This document shows, one piece after another, positions 8,813-18,412 of a DNA stretch of 64,000 nucleotides. Within the stretch, counting starts at the first letter, position 1. Each line of letters opens with the position of its first letter. The notes beneath the pieces are model-generated. The model had not been told where the DNA came from, searched no databases, and saw only the letters and a list, made by a program, of their open reading frames with translations. The position numbers and the translations under genes were made by a program. Origin of the DNA: an uncultured Spirochaetia bacterium (GTDB taxonomy: Bacteria > Spirochaetota > Spirochaetia > CAZBHR01); assembly GCA_964492025.1 (NCBI GenBank), contig CAZBHR010000004.1, forward strand, positions 32,713-96,712, given 5' to 3'.

Positions 8813-10872
8813 TCCTGGGGCTCCATAAAATCTAGGGTTGGCTGGTGTGCTTGGTTTCGATTCTCCTCTTTACTTCCAAAGGAGACCCCTCGTAAGGGTT
8901 TACGGAACTGGGCTGCCATTGCAAGAGCCTCAGACTCCTCATAGGAAACGGTAAAATTCTGGAGTTTCCCCATAATGTCAGCAACAGATCCAACCTTCAG
9001 GAACCCAGGTACCTTTGAGCCATCGGTAATAAAAGATATAGGCTTATCTACATCTCGAAGTACACTAAACAGGTTACCAACCGTAGAGGTTTCATCCAAT
9101 TTTGTAATAGCAATTGAGGTAAAATCTACACTTTGATACCGCTTAAGGGTATTTGTAATATCCTCACTTTTCATGGTAGCAGAGAGAGTAAGAACAACCT
9201 CTGTTGGGATGTTCAAGGAGTCCATTCTCTTAAGAATATCTTGAACCCAACCCTTTGTATGGGTAATACCGCTAGGCGTATCAATGAGAATAAGTCGGTA
9301 GTCTGGAGAGTTATCAATAAGACGGTCAAACTCCTCTATAGAACCAAGAACATCAACAAGTAATCCCATAAGGGTACCGTACCGTTCAATCTGCTCTTTA
9401 GCACCCACCTTTCGAGTATCAAGAGATGCAATCCTTGTAAGCCGTGGCTCTCCTCCACGTCCACGGATACCATACTCCGCAGCAATTTTTGCAACCAGAG
9501 ATGTTTTACCTGTACCCGAGTCTCCCACAACAATAACAACAGGAGCAATAGTATTTCTCACATCGGGGTTAAACTTGAGAGCCTCACCCATCCACTGAAT
9601 GATAATAGCCTGCAGGGTTTCGTAATCTTTGATATCAACAGGACTTAACTCATGGGTAATTCTCTCAACAAAGTCCTCAATAGCAGCAAGAGAAAATCCA
9701 TTATCTCCCAAAAGCTCTCTTACTTTTTTCAAAGAGATATTGGTAAGTATTGCACCACGAGGAGAGGTCTTAAGCTCCAACTGTCTGCGAAGTGACTCTA
9801 TCTCCTTTACTAATCCCTGCAATACCTCAGGCATAGGATCTTGAGAATCATCACTCCCCTTAAGAGGTGTATCATCAACACGATCCTCCTCAACAGACAT
9901 GTGAGCAGCAGGAGATGAGGGAGAATCAGTTTGCCACGACTCTTCTACACCATCGGTTTTATGAAAAGTATGCGACACATGAATAGGATTTTCATCCAAA
10001 TTCTCCGGCCAGAAAGAACTACTCCTCTCTTCAGGTAGTGTTTCTGGGGGAAGCTTTTTAATATGCCACGGATTATCATCGGAGGGCTTTTTCTTAGGTT
10101 CAACCACTTCTGCTACTTTCTCATCTCTATATGAGAAATGTTGAGAAAGAGCCTCTAGCCCACCCTTCGGACGGAGAATCTCTGGAATTTGAGATTCAAG
10201 CCCTCTAAAATTCTCTTCCCGTAAAGGACGATCTAGTGCAACTCCCATCTGAATATGTCGCTTCTCTTCAGGATCCAGATCTGGTTCGTTTTGAGGAGTC
10301 TCCTCCTCTTCTGTATTATGAGATTGAATCATTGACTCAATAGCTCGCATTCGAATTTCCGCGTTCCTAAGAACCTCGGGGGATATCTCTTTTTCTTGCT
10401 CTTCTTCTAAATTTTCCACCATGATAGACTGGGGAGGTGTGACATTCTCATCAGGGTCCAACACTCTATGCCCAGCATTCGGGTTCTCCTTAGATAAACC
10501 TAAATGGAACTGCATAAGTTGTTTACTATCTACCATAGAACCATCCTGATCACTACTCCCCTGGGATGAAGCATTTTTTCGTCGTATAGTGATAGGAGAT
10601 ATGGGAACTTCTTCCTCATCATCTTCTCCCTCTATGCTCTTGGATGCCTCAACATCACGGTTAAGGTCATCAACACTTTCGCCGTCTCCTCTATAGGAGC
10701 CATCGGGGTCAATAACACCAGTTATCTCTATAGCCTTTGTAAGGCTTTTTTTAAAGGGGCTTTTTAAGAAAATCTGTTTTTTTGAGACAACCTTGGCCGC
10801 AGGGCCGTATTGCTTCTCTATTTTTTTCAGCACAATTTCGAGGTTTTTCCCCGTAATCGTAAATGTCTCCAT
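8809..10872 (-). CDS. flhF: FlhF-type SRP-family GTPase with a very long acidic disordered linker
   Basis: The N-terminal B-domain-like segment ETFTITGKNLEIVLKKIEKQYGPAAKVVSKKQ is present. The C-terminal NG domain carries G1 GDSGTGKTSLVAKIA, a DTRKVGAKEQ motif, and G4 TKLDETSTVG. KLDET is characteristic of FlhF rather than FtsY or Ffh. About 400 aa of D/E/S/P-rich low-complexity sequence lie between the two domains. Confidence 0.65.
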   Translation of the reverse strand: METFTITGKNLEIVLKKIEKQYGPAAKVVSKKQIFLKSPFKKSLTKAIEITGVIDPDGSYRGDGESVDDLNRDVEASKSIEGEDDEEEVPISPITIRRKNASSQGSSDQDGSMVDSKQLMQFHLGLSKENPNAGHRVLDPDENVTPPQSIMVENLEEEQEKEISPEVLRNAEIRMRAIESMIQSHNTEEEETPQNEPDLDPEEKRHIQMGVALDRPLREENFRGLESQIPEILRPKGGLEALSQHFSYRDEKVAEVVEPKKKPSDDNPWHIKKLPPETLPEERSSSFWPENLDENPIHVSHTFHKTDGVEESWQTDSPSSPAAHMSVEEDRVDDTPLKGSDDSQDPMPEVLQGLVKEIESLRRQLELKTSPRGAILTNISLKKVRELLGDNGFSLAAIEDFVERITHELSPVDIKDYETLQAIIIQWMGEALKFNPDVRNTIAPVVIVVGDSGTGKTSLVAKIAAEYGIRGRGGEPRLTRIASLDTRKVGAKEQIERYGTLMGLLVDVLGSIEEFDRLIDNSPDYRLILIDTPSGITHTKGWVQDILKRMDSLNIPTEVVLTLSATMKSEDITNTLKRYQSVDFTSIAITKLDETSTVGNLFSVLRDVDKPISFITDGSKVPGFLKVGSVADIMGKLQNFTVSYEESEALAMAAQFRKPLRGVSFGSKEENRNQAHQPTLDFMEPQE

Positions 10873-11008
10873 ACAAACATACTCCTAATGTATACTATCA
10901 TATAGAGCGGGTACTTACTACCTCCCAGAGATATTGAAGGAAGTAAATTTATGCCAATTTTCCTATTTTCCCCTTCTACCGGCAGGTAGAAAGGGAAAAA
11001 CAGGGTGT

Positions 11009-12367
11009 CTATAGTATATATCGAGAGAGATCCTGGTCTTCTTCAACCTTACCTAACCGCTCTTGAACATAGGCTTCCGTAATAGGAATAGTCTGTCCCG
11101 CTAGCTCGGTGGCGTTAAAAGATAGATCCTCAAGGAGTCGCTCCATAACGGTATGAAGACGTCTAGCTCCAATATTATCGGTCTTTGTATTTACCGATGC
11201 TGCAATACGGCTAATCTCACTAATTGAAGGTTCATCAAAGGTAATAGTAACATCCTCTGTCTCAAAAAGTGCTGAGTACTGCTTAAGCAGTGAGTTCTCT
11301 GGCTCCTTAAGAATACGCTCAAAATCATGGGCATGAAGAGCATCTAACTCAACTCGTATAGGGAAACGTCCCTGAAGCTCTGGGATAAGATCCGATGGCT
11401 TGCTCATGTGGAATGCACCTGCAGCAATAAACAGAATATGAGTAGTATTAATCATACCATATTTTGTATTTACCTGTGATCCCTCAACAATAGGAAGAAT
11501 GTCTCGCTGAACACCCTCTCTTGAGACATCAGCAGAACTACTTCCACCTCGGCTACCTGATGCTATTTTATCAATCTCATCGACAAATACAATTCCCATA
11601 TTTTCAACTCGATCTTTTGCAATATCTACCGCTTTTTCTGTATCAACTAACCGATCCATCTCCTCCTCTAACAGAAGGTCCTGTGCTTCAAGAACGGTTA
11701 TTTTCCTTCTTTTTTTCTTCCCATTCCCTCCAAAAATATTTCCTATTGAGGAGAGAGCGGATTCCATATCAGCGGGATTTCCTGTGAGCATCTCAATTGT
11801 AGGTGCCTGACTTTTTGGCGAAACAGCTACCTCTATCTGCTTATTATCAAACTTACCATCCCGTAATTTCTGCCGAAAAGACTCTCGTGACTCATGTGAA
11901 ATGGCGGGAGAATCATCATCACCATCTTGAGACACACCACCAAAGAGGGCATCTAAAATACGCTCTTCTACCTGCTCTCGTGCCTTCTCTTCAATCTCAG
12001 AAGAAAGTTCAACCTTTACCATCTGTACAGCCTTATGCATAAGGTCTCGTATCATAGACTCAACATCACGCCCTACATACCCTACTTCGGTAAATTTTGT
12101 CGCCTCTACCTTAATAAAAGGAGCTCCACTAAGCTTAGATATTCTCCGTGCAATCTCAGTTTTTCCTACTCCCGTAGGACCCATCATAATAATATTTTTT
12201 GGGGTAACCTCATCACGAAGATCCTCTGGAAGCTTCTTCCGACGAACACGGTTTCTCAAGGCTAGGGCAATAGCTTTTTTTGCATTTCCCTGCCCTACAA
12301 TATACTTATCAAGCTCCGCAACAATGTCCTTAGGAGCCATTGCATCTAAATCTTTAATCTGTTTCAC
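11009..12367 (-). CDS. hslU: ATP-dependent protease ATPase subunit HslU
   Basis: TPKNIIMMGPTGVGKTEIARRISKLSGAPFIKVEATKFTEVGYVGRDVESMIRDL is near-identical in pattern to HslU (ClpY). Confidence 0.95.
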   Translation of the reverse strand: MKQIKDLDAMAPKDIVAELDKYIVGQGNAKKAIALALRNRVRRKKLPEDLRDEVTPKNIIMMGPTGVGKTEIARRISKLSGAPFIKVEATKFTEVGYVGRDVESMIRDLMHKAVQMVKVELSSEIEEKAREQVEERILDALFGGVSQDGDDDSPAISHESRESFRQKLRDGKFDNKQIEVAVSPKSQAPTIEMLTGNPADMESALSSIGNIFGGNGKKKRRKITVLEAQDLLLEEEMDRLVDTEKAVDIAKDRVENMGIVFVDEIDKIASGSRGGSSSADVSREGVQRDILPIVEGSQVNTKYGMINTTHILFIAAGAFHMSKPSDLIPELQGRFPIRVELDALHAHDFERILKEPENSLLKQYSALFETEDVTITFDEPSISEISRIAASVNTKTDNIGARRLHTVMERLLEDLSFNATELAGQTIPITEAYVQERLGKVEEDQDLSRYIL

Positions 12368-12909
12368 TATACTTCCTCCACCGTAATATGATCATTTGTA
12401 TAAATACAAATTGAACCAGCAATCCGTAAGGATCTTTCAGCAATCTCCCTTGCGGAGAGATCGGAACTATCCAAATAAGCCTTTGCCGCAGCGTACGCGT
12501 AAGAGCCACCAGACCCAATCGCTATAGCTCCACACTCTGGCTCAATTACATCTCCATTTCCAGAGATAAGTAAAATTTTACTCTTATCAGCAACCAGAAG
12601 CATCGCTTCTAAGTTACGTAAAACCTTATCGGTACGCCACTCCTTAGCCATCTCTACAGCACCGCGAGTAATATCTCCTTCGTATGAGCGAACCTTCTTC
12701 TCAAATCTTTCAAAAAGTGTAAAGGCATCCGCAGTGGCTCCCGCAAAGCCTGCAACAATCTTTCCATCGTACAGTCTTCGAACTTTTCGGGCATTTCCCT
12801 TCATTACAGTATTTCCTAAACTTACCTGACCATCTCCAGCCATGGCAACATTACCCTTATGGTTTACCGCTAGAATAGTGGTTCCATGAAATGTTATATC
12901 CTTACTCAT
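12367..12909 (-). CDS. hslV: ATP-dependent protease subunit HslV
   Basis: [37 protein letters not shown] has the N-terminal Thr nucleophile context of HslV. It sits directly upstream of hslU with a 1-nt overlap. Confidence 0.95.
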   Translation of the reverse strand: MSKDITFHGTTILAVNHKGNVAMAGDGQVSLGNTVMKGNARKVRRLYDGKIVAGFAGATADAFTLFERFEKKVRSYEGDITRGAVEMAKEWRTDKVLRNLEAMLLVADKSKILLISGNGDVIEPECGAIAIGSGGSYAYAAAKAYLDSSDLSAREIAERSLRIAGSICIYTNDHITVEEV

Positions 12910-12959
12910 ATCTCCTCGCTTGTGCCTCCTTGCACACTCTTAATTTAGCACTACAACCG

Positions 12960-13880
12960 TTAACCAGTTGTGGCATCTCCTCCATGGGGGTGGGCTGATG
13001 CGTACACCTTTCTTAGCCTCTCAATTCCCACATGGGTATAAATTTGTGTTGTCGATATACTGGAATGTCCTAAAAGCTCCTGAACAACCCGTATATCTGC
13101 CCCCCTATCCAGAAGGTGTGTAGCAAAGGTGTGTCGAAACGTATGTGGTGACACATGTTTATCTATTGCCATCTCTTTTAACATAGTATCGATAATCCAC
13201 GCAACCCCCCTTTGGGTAAGTCTACGACCTCGAAGGTTTACTAATAACCCTTCCTCATTTCCCAACTCACCTTGAAACTTTGTATCCCTAGCACCAAGAT
13301 AAAGTTGCAACTCTCGCTTTGTATGGTCGGTTAAGAAAAGATACCTCTCTTTTGAACCTTTTCCAAGTACCTTTACTCTTCCAACCTCAATTTCTATATC
13401 AGATCGGTTTATTGAGATTGCCTCAGATACACGACATCCCGTAGAGTACAGCAACAGAAAAATAGCTCTATTCCGTAGACTCTTAAAGTCCGTAGCATCC
13501 CCATAAATAAACTCCCCTATCTCCTGATCACTTAATACATAAGGAAGTTTTCTTTTCCGTTGAAGTCCTCGGGTGTCGGCAAAGGGAGACACCTTAGTAA
13601 CCTCAAAGCGGTTACAGTACCGATAAAATCCTTTTAACGTAGAAAGAACCCTGTTGATTGTGGACTCCTTAAGTCCATCTCTTCCTAGGGACCCAATAAA
13701 GCGTCTCCCATCCTTTCTTGTGAGCTGGGTAAAATCATAGGATCGCTCCTGTAAAAATTCTCCAAAACGATTCAGGTCTCGGCGATAGCTCTCCACACTC
13801 TTTGGGGCAAGTCCCCGTAACTGTTGTGAGTAAGAGATAAAGCTATCTACCGTATCGGTAAATTCTGGCTGTTTTTTCAT
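12960..13880 (-). CDS. xerC: Tyrosine recombinase XerC/XerD family
   Basis: The C-terminal catalytic box is HTFRHTFATHLLDRGADIRVVQELLGHSSISTTQIYTHV (R..HxxR..Y). Its position between dprA and hslV matches the conserved smf-(topA)-xerC-hslVU neighbourhood. Confidence 0.8.
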   Translation of the reverse strand: MKKQPEFTDTVDSFISYSQQLRGLAPKSVESYRRDLNRFGEFLQERSYDFTQLTRKDGRRFIGSLGRDGLKESTINRVLSTLKGFYRYCNRFEVTKVSPFADTRGLQRKRKLPYVLSDQEIGEFIYGDATDFKSLRNRAIFLLLYSTGCRVSEAISINRSDIEIEVGRVKVLGKGSKERYLFLTDHTKRELQLYLGARDTKFQGELGNEEGLLVNLRGRRLTQRGVAWIIDTMLKEMAIDKHVSPHTFRHTFATHLLDRGADIRVVQELLGHSSISTTQIYTHVGIERLRKVYASAHPHGGDATTG

Positions 13881-14860
13881 AATAACACTTTAAACCTTTT
13901 CGTTTTGTAACGGTACACCGATCCTTCAATCTCCTGATGAACCCCTCTCCCTATAGTATAACCATCCTCCCTCACTTCGGCAACCCGAGGGAATAAAAAT
14001 TTATCACCCCCAGAAAACACAGAGAACTCATTAAGATGGGTAACTTTCAGGGCTCCAGACTGAACCAGAGCAGCCCCTCCTGCTCCCCATCTATCGGACA
14101 ATCCAATATTATACACCCCAACATCACGCCCCTGTTCTAGAGCAAAGTCAGCGGTAATTAAAGCACCCGACCGGAGGGGTACTCCCACAAGAAGTACCGC
14201 CAAGGAGAGTCCACTAATAATTCTATTCCGTTCTGGAAAAAACCACTTCTGAGAAGAGATATCAGGGGCATACTCAGAGACAACAGCACCACCACACTCT
14301 ACAATAGGCTTCACATATCTAAGATTCCCCTTTGGCCCAGTAAAAAAGTGTCCCGCACCTAAAACAGCTATAGTTACCCCTTGCCCCTGCACTGCTCCTC
14401 GGTGAGCTGCAATATCAACTCCTCGTGCAAAACCAGAAACCACTGGAACTCCCGCACAGGATGCTTCTAACCCCATAGCAAAGGCTGCTCCCTCACCCTC
14501 TAGAGGGACTCTCCGAGAACCTACAATGCTTAGAGATTGCCTTTCAGGGATACTCCCTTGGATATATAACATAAAGGGTGGATCATATATCTCTTTCAGA
14601 AGTTTAGGGTATTGAGAATCGGCAAAACAAACTGGGGTGATATGTTGCTGTCTCAATAATCTCTCGAGGCGCTCTGCTCGCTGCATAAGAGTTTTTGGCA
14701 GTGGAGGAAACTTTGAGATTCCTATACACCGCTCTATATCTTCGGTACTCAACATATCAAAAGAGCAACCACTCGATCTTATATATTTCAAAAGTGCATA
14801 TTTTTTACGACTACTCCCAGGAGCTATCCCATCTATTGCCAGCAATGTTTGTAAATCCAT
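13877..14860 (-). CDS. dprA: DNA processing protein DprA (Smf)
   Basis: The Rossmann-like DprA core is present (GSRRVPLEGEGAAFAMGLEASCAGVPVVSGFARGVDIAAHRGA). Confidence 0.85.
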   Translation of the reverse strand: MDLQTLLAIDGIAPGSSRKKYALLKYIRSSGCSFDMLSTEDIERCIGISKFPPLPKTLMQRAERLERLLRQQHITPVCFADSQYPKLLKEIYDPPFMLYIQGSIPERQSLSIVGSRRVPLEGEGAAFAMGLEASCAGVPVVSGFARGVDIAAHRGAVQGQGVTIAVLGAGHFFTGPKGNLRYVKPIVECGGAVVSEYAPDISSQKWFFPERNRIISGLSLAVLLVGVPLRSGALITADFALEQGRDVGVYNIGLSDRWGAGGAALVQSGALKVTHLNEFSVFSGGDKFLFPRVAEVREDGYTIGRGVHQEIEGSVYRYKTKRFKVLL

Positions 14861-14973
14861 ATAATTATCCTCTTTACTGTATTACTCTTTAATCACATTG
14901 TTTTGCTTCTATTTGTATAAAAAATTACCACTCCTACTGTTCAAGAGCCAACTTCTTTCCTATACTGATACCT

Positions 14974-16191
14974 ATGAAACAGTCGATACAACTTGCTATT
15001 ATTTCCGTAGGAGATGAGCTACTCCAAGGAAAAGTCCAAGATACCAACAGCACCTATATATCATCACAACTCTTTGGGCTAGGAGTTTCAACGGTTGAGG
15101 TTTTTACCATTCCAGATACACAGGAGGTCATACAACACACCGTAACAACCGCACTCTCTCTTGCAAATGTTATTATAATAAGTGGAGGCTTAGGGCCAAC
15201 ATTAGATGACTGTACAAGAGATGGTATAGCTCTAGCTCTAGGTCGAAAACTTCTCTTTAGAGAGGATCTTTGGCAACCTATTCAAGATAGGTACCCAATG
15301 GTAGAGATTCCTGAGATAAATAGGAGACAGGCATATATAATAGAAGGTGCTGAATCCTTACAAAATGATCATGGAACTGCCCCTGGCATGTGGATAACTA
15401 CGGAGCAAGGAAAGTATATCGGAGTACTCCCTGGCCCACCAAGAGAGATGGTACCAATGCTCCATAATGAGATAATCCCTCGGGTAACCAATCTACTAGG
15501 TGTAGAACCACCAAAGATAACTACATGGCGACTGTATGGAGCTGGAGAAAGCAGTATTGCAGAGGTAGTAGAGTCATTTAAAATCCCCCACGGCTGCTAC
15601 ACAAAGGATGGGTGGATAGAGGTGCAACTTCTACAGGGCTCTAAGTCAGATAGTAACTTCAAGAAAATCCTTTCAGAGCTCAAAGAGGCTCTAGCAAAAA
15701 AAGATATTATTCAGACAGATGATAAGGATTTAGGACTACTTGTGATGGAAGGTTTTCAAAAGAAAGGGTACACCCTAGCCTTTGCGGAGTCTCTCACTGG
15801 AGGAGAACTAGCATCTACCATAGTGGCACATCCTGGAGCTTCATCGGTACTCCTTGGAAGTGTTGTAGCCTACAGTAATGATATAAAGGAGAAGCTTTTA
15901 GGAGTACCTAAGAAAACACTTATTGCTCATGGAGCGGTCTCTCAGGAAACTGCTTGTGCTATGGCTCAAGGAGTACGAAAAATCAGTGGTGCAGATATTA
16001 CTGTATCGGTTACGGGTATTGCTGGACCAGATGGTGGTTCTGATGAAAAACCAGTAGGAACCTTCTGGATGGGCGTGACCACCCCAGAGGGTTCATGGGA
16101 AAAGCACTTTTTGATTCCAGCTTCAAGAAAATGGGTTATACGAAAAACAACCCACCTTGTGTACCGAGAGTTATTGGAGATTTTAGGGTAA
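14974..16191 (+). CDS. cinA: Competence/damage-inducible protein CinA (MocF-like N-domain plus PncC-type NMN deamidase C-domain)
   Basis: The N-terminus AIISVGDELLQGKVQDTNS is molybdopterin-binding-like. The C-terminus TLAFAESLTGGELASTIVAHPGASSVLLGSVVAYSNDIKEKLLGV matches the CinA C-terminal domain. Confidence 0.85.
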   Translation: MKQSIQLAIISVGDELLQGKVQDTNSTYISSQLFGLGVSTVEVFTIPDTQEVIQHTVTTALSLANVIIISGGLGPTLDDCTRDGIALALGRKLLFREDLWQPIQDRYPMVEIPEINRRQAYIIEGAESLQNDHGTAPGMWITTEQGKYIGVLPGPPREMVPMLHNEIIPRVTNLLGVEPPKITTWRLYGAGESSIAEVVESFKIPHGCYTKDGWIEVQLLQGSKSDSNFKKILSELKEALAKKDIIQTDDKDLGLLVMEGFQKKGYTLAFAESLTGGELASTIVAHPGASSVLLGSVVAYSNDIKEKLLGVPKKTLIAHGAVSQETACAMAQGVRKISGADITVSVTGIAGPDGGSDEKPVGTFWMGVTTPEGSWEKHFLIPASRKWVIRKTTHLVYRELLEILG

Positions 16192-16248
16192 GGGAGATAG
16201 CTTTTCACCTATAAAAAGGCTCCCTAAATAGGGATTTCTCTGGACTAC

Positions 16249-17142
16249 CTACCCTGGGTGGTGCTTTTTATGGTAGTCCTGAAGGTCATCGGTTGCCACA
16301 TGGGTGTAAATCTGGGTTGTTCCAATATCCGCATGACCAAGGAGTTCTTGAACTACCCGAAGGTCAGCACCACCTTGAAGAAGGTGGGTTGCAAATGAGT
16401 GGCGCAGGGTGTGAATCTTAGCATCAACCCCTGCAAGAACGCCGTACTCATGAAACCTTTTCCACGCACCCTTTCTAGTAAGAGGCCGTCCTAGACGATT
16501 TAAAAAAATATAATCAGTCGTAAATTTAGGACTCATCAATTTTGGTCGTCCCTCACTGAGGTATCGCTCTAGCCAGTGTACAGCAACACCACCTAAGGGG
16601 GTCAATCGCTCTTTACTCCGCTTTCCAAGTACCCGTACCAGACGTTGATCAAGAAAAAGAGAACTCGAAGTAATACCCAAAGCCTCACTTACCCGAAGGC
16701 CACAGGAGTAGATAAGTTCAAAAAGAGCCCGATCTCGTAGGTTCCCAGCACTTTCATCTACATTAATACAGGAAAAAAAATGTTCAACCTCATCAAGGCT
16801 TAGAACCGAAGGAAGTCGTTTTTTTGATTTTGGAAGTTCTATGGTAAGAATAGGATTCTCATCAATAATGTTATCTTCAATGCAGTATGCAAAGAAAGCC
16901 CTAAGTGCTGAAATAATCTTTGCCACCGTAGTGGACTCTAGGTCTGATGACTGTCTATCTGTTAGGTATTCAATAAGAGTAAGAGCCTCTACCTCCTCAA
17001 GGGAGGTATGGCTCTTCTCAATAAAATTCATAAATCTTTCACTCTCTCGGAGATACACTTCCCGAGAAAGCGGTGCCAGCCGAAGAGCAATAGTGAGGTG
17101 ATCCTCAAAGTCTTCTAGCAAGCGTCGAGAGTTTGGGAGCAT
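16249..17142 (-). CDS. xerD: Tyrosine recombinase XerD family
   Basis: HTLRHSFATHLLQGGADLRVVQELLGHADIGTTQIYTHV and upstream LRDRALFELIYSCGLRVSE are present. The start was moved to the internal Met to avoid overlapping ftsZ. Confidence 0.8.
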   Translation of the reverse strand: MLPNSRRLLEDFEDHLTIALRLAPLSREVYLRESERFMNFIEKSHTSLEEVEALTLIEYLTDRQSSDLESTTVAKIISALRAFFAYCIEDNIIDENPILTIELPKSKKRLPSVLSLDEVEHFFSCINVDESAGNLRDRALFELIYSCGLRVSEALGITSSSLFLDQRLVRVLGKRSKERLTPLGGVAVHWLERYLSEGRPKLMSPKFTTDYIFLNRLGRPLTRKGAWKRFHEYGVLAGVDAKIHTLRHSFATHLLQGGADLRVVQELLGHADIGTTQIYTHVATDDLQDYHKKHHPG

Positions 17143-17146
17143 ACCC

Positions 17147-18361
17147 CTACTCTCCCTGATTACGTTTTCGTCTCCGTAGTATTGCAGGAATAGAGATATC
17201 ATCGTCCTGAATCTCTACGGAACTTTTTCCACTAGATCCGTGTAAATCTTCCCACCTCTCAACAGGAACAACCTTCTCGGTTTCTCCATCTCGCTTATAA
17301 GAACCTATGGTTCCACTCTCTTTTGTTGCCATAGTTGCACCATAGAGATTATCGGGCTGAACAGGAATTCCATCATCCTCTTTAAACCCTGTAGCAATTA
17401 CGGTAACCTTAATTTGGTCGGTCATATCAGGATCATACGCTTGACCCGCAATAATGAGAGCGTCCGATGTAGCATTAGAGGTAATAATACGAACAACATC
17501 CTGAACCTCAAGTAAGGTAAGGTCATCTCCTCCTGTAACGTTAACAAGAAGTCCCTTAGCTCCCTCAATTTGAGCATCCTCAAGAAGTGGGTTGTTAATA
17601 GCTTGGGTTGCGGCATCAACAGCACGAGTCTCACCATGTCCAATACCTACACCCATAAGAGCATCACCCTTGCCTCGCATAATGGTTCGAACATCGGCAA
17701 AGTCAATATTAATCTCTCCTGGTTCAGTAATAAGCTCACTGATTCCCTGAACACCCTGTCTAAGAACATCGTCGGCAAGATGGAATGCAGACTTAATAGT
17801 TGTAGTCTTATGAACAATTTTAAGGAGATACTGATTAGGAATAAGAATAAGAGTATCTACATTCTCACGAAGTGCTCGAATTCCCTTCTGGGCAAACTCC
17901 ATTTTCTTCTGTCCCTCAAAGCCAAAGGGCTTTGTAACAACCCCTACTGTAAGAGCTCCTAAATCTCGAGCAATACCAGCAACAACAGCAGCAGCTCCTG
18001 TTCCTGTTCCTCCTCCCATTCCTGCGGTAATAAAAACCATATCCGCACCTTCAAGGAGTTCTCGTATTTCGTCCTTAGACTCTTGGGCTGCCTGCTCTCC
18101 GATGTCAGGAATACCTCCTGCACCAAGACCACCAGTAAGTTTTGCACCAATAGGCAACTTCACATTGGCATGGGACTTCTTAAGTGCCTGAATATCGGTG
18201 TTCATCGCGATATAATGCACCTTACGAACGCCAGTTTCAATCATTCGGTTAATAGCGTTTCCACCACCGCCACCAACTCCCACAACCTTTATGTTTGTGC
18301 CACTAGACTCTGACACCTTTGGGGCCTTCTGTTGTAAATCATCAAGAATTTCAATGTTCAT
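17147..18361 (-). CDS. ftsZ: Cell division protein FtsZ
   Basis: [19 protein letters not shown] and the tubulin signature [13 protein letters not shown] are present, followed by a C-terminal variable tail. Confidence 0.97.
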   Translation of the reverse strand: MNIEILDDLQQKAPKVSESSGTNIKVVGVGGGGGNAINRMIETGVRKVHYIAMNTDIQALKKSHANVKLPIGAKLTGGLGAGGIPDIGEQAAQESKDEIRELLEGADMVFITAGMGGGTGTGAAAVVAGIARDLGALTVGVVTKPFGFEGQKKMEFAQKGIRALRENVDTLILIPNQYLLKIVHKTTTIKSAFHLADDVLRQGVQGISELITEPGEINIDFADVRTIMRGKGDALMGVGIGHGETRAVDAATQAINNPLLEDAQIEGAKGLLVNVTGGDDLTLLEVQDVVRIITSNATSDALIIAGQAYDPDMTDQIKVTVIATGFKEDDGIPVQPDNLYGATMATKESGTIGSYKRDGETEKVVPVERWEDLHGSSGKSSVEIQDDDISIPAILRRRKRNQGE

Positions 18362-18412
18362 CTGCTTCCCTCCGAAGCTTGTTCTTTTATGTAAAATATC
18401 ATGTTTTATCTA

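Noticed and set aside
10960-11000. Imperfect hairpin (CTTCTACC...GGTAGAAA) just downstream of hslU as a terminator
   Set aside because: The stem is imperfect and no U-run follows on either strand. It is more likely incidental or part of the flhF promoter region.
12960-17142. The two tyrosine recombinases as phage/ICE integrases
   Set aside because: Both sit in the conserved dprA-xerC-hslVU and xerD-ftsZ housekeeping synteny. No att-like repeats or cargo genes are present, so they are better explained as XerC/XerD.
17570-17962. Antisense ORFs inside ftsZ, murF (23685-24086), GT2 (7494-8033), mraY (22093-22386) and others from the six-frame track
   Set aside because: They are fully embedded opposite strongly supported conserved genes. 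They have no Shine-Dalgarno signal or recognisable motif, and they have the typical low-complexity antisense composition.
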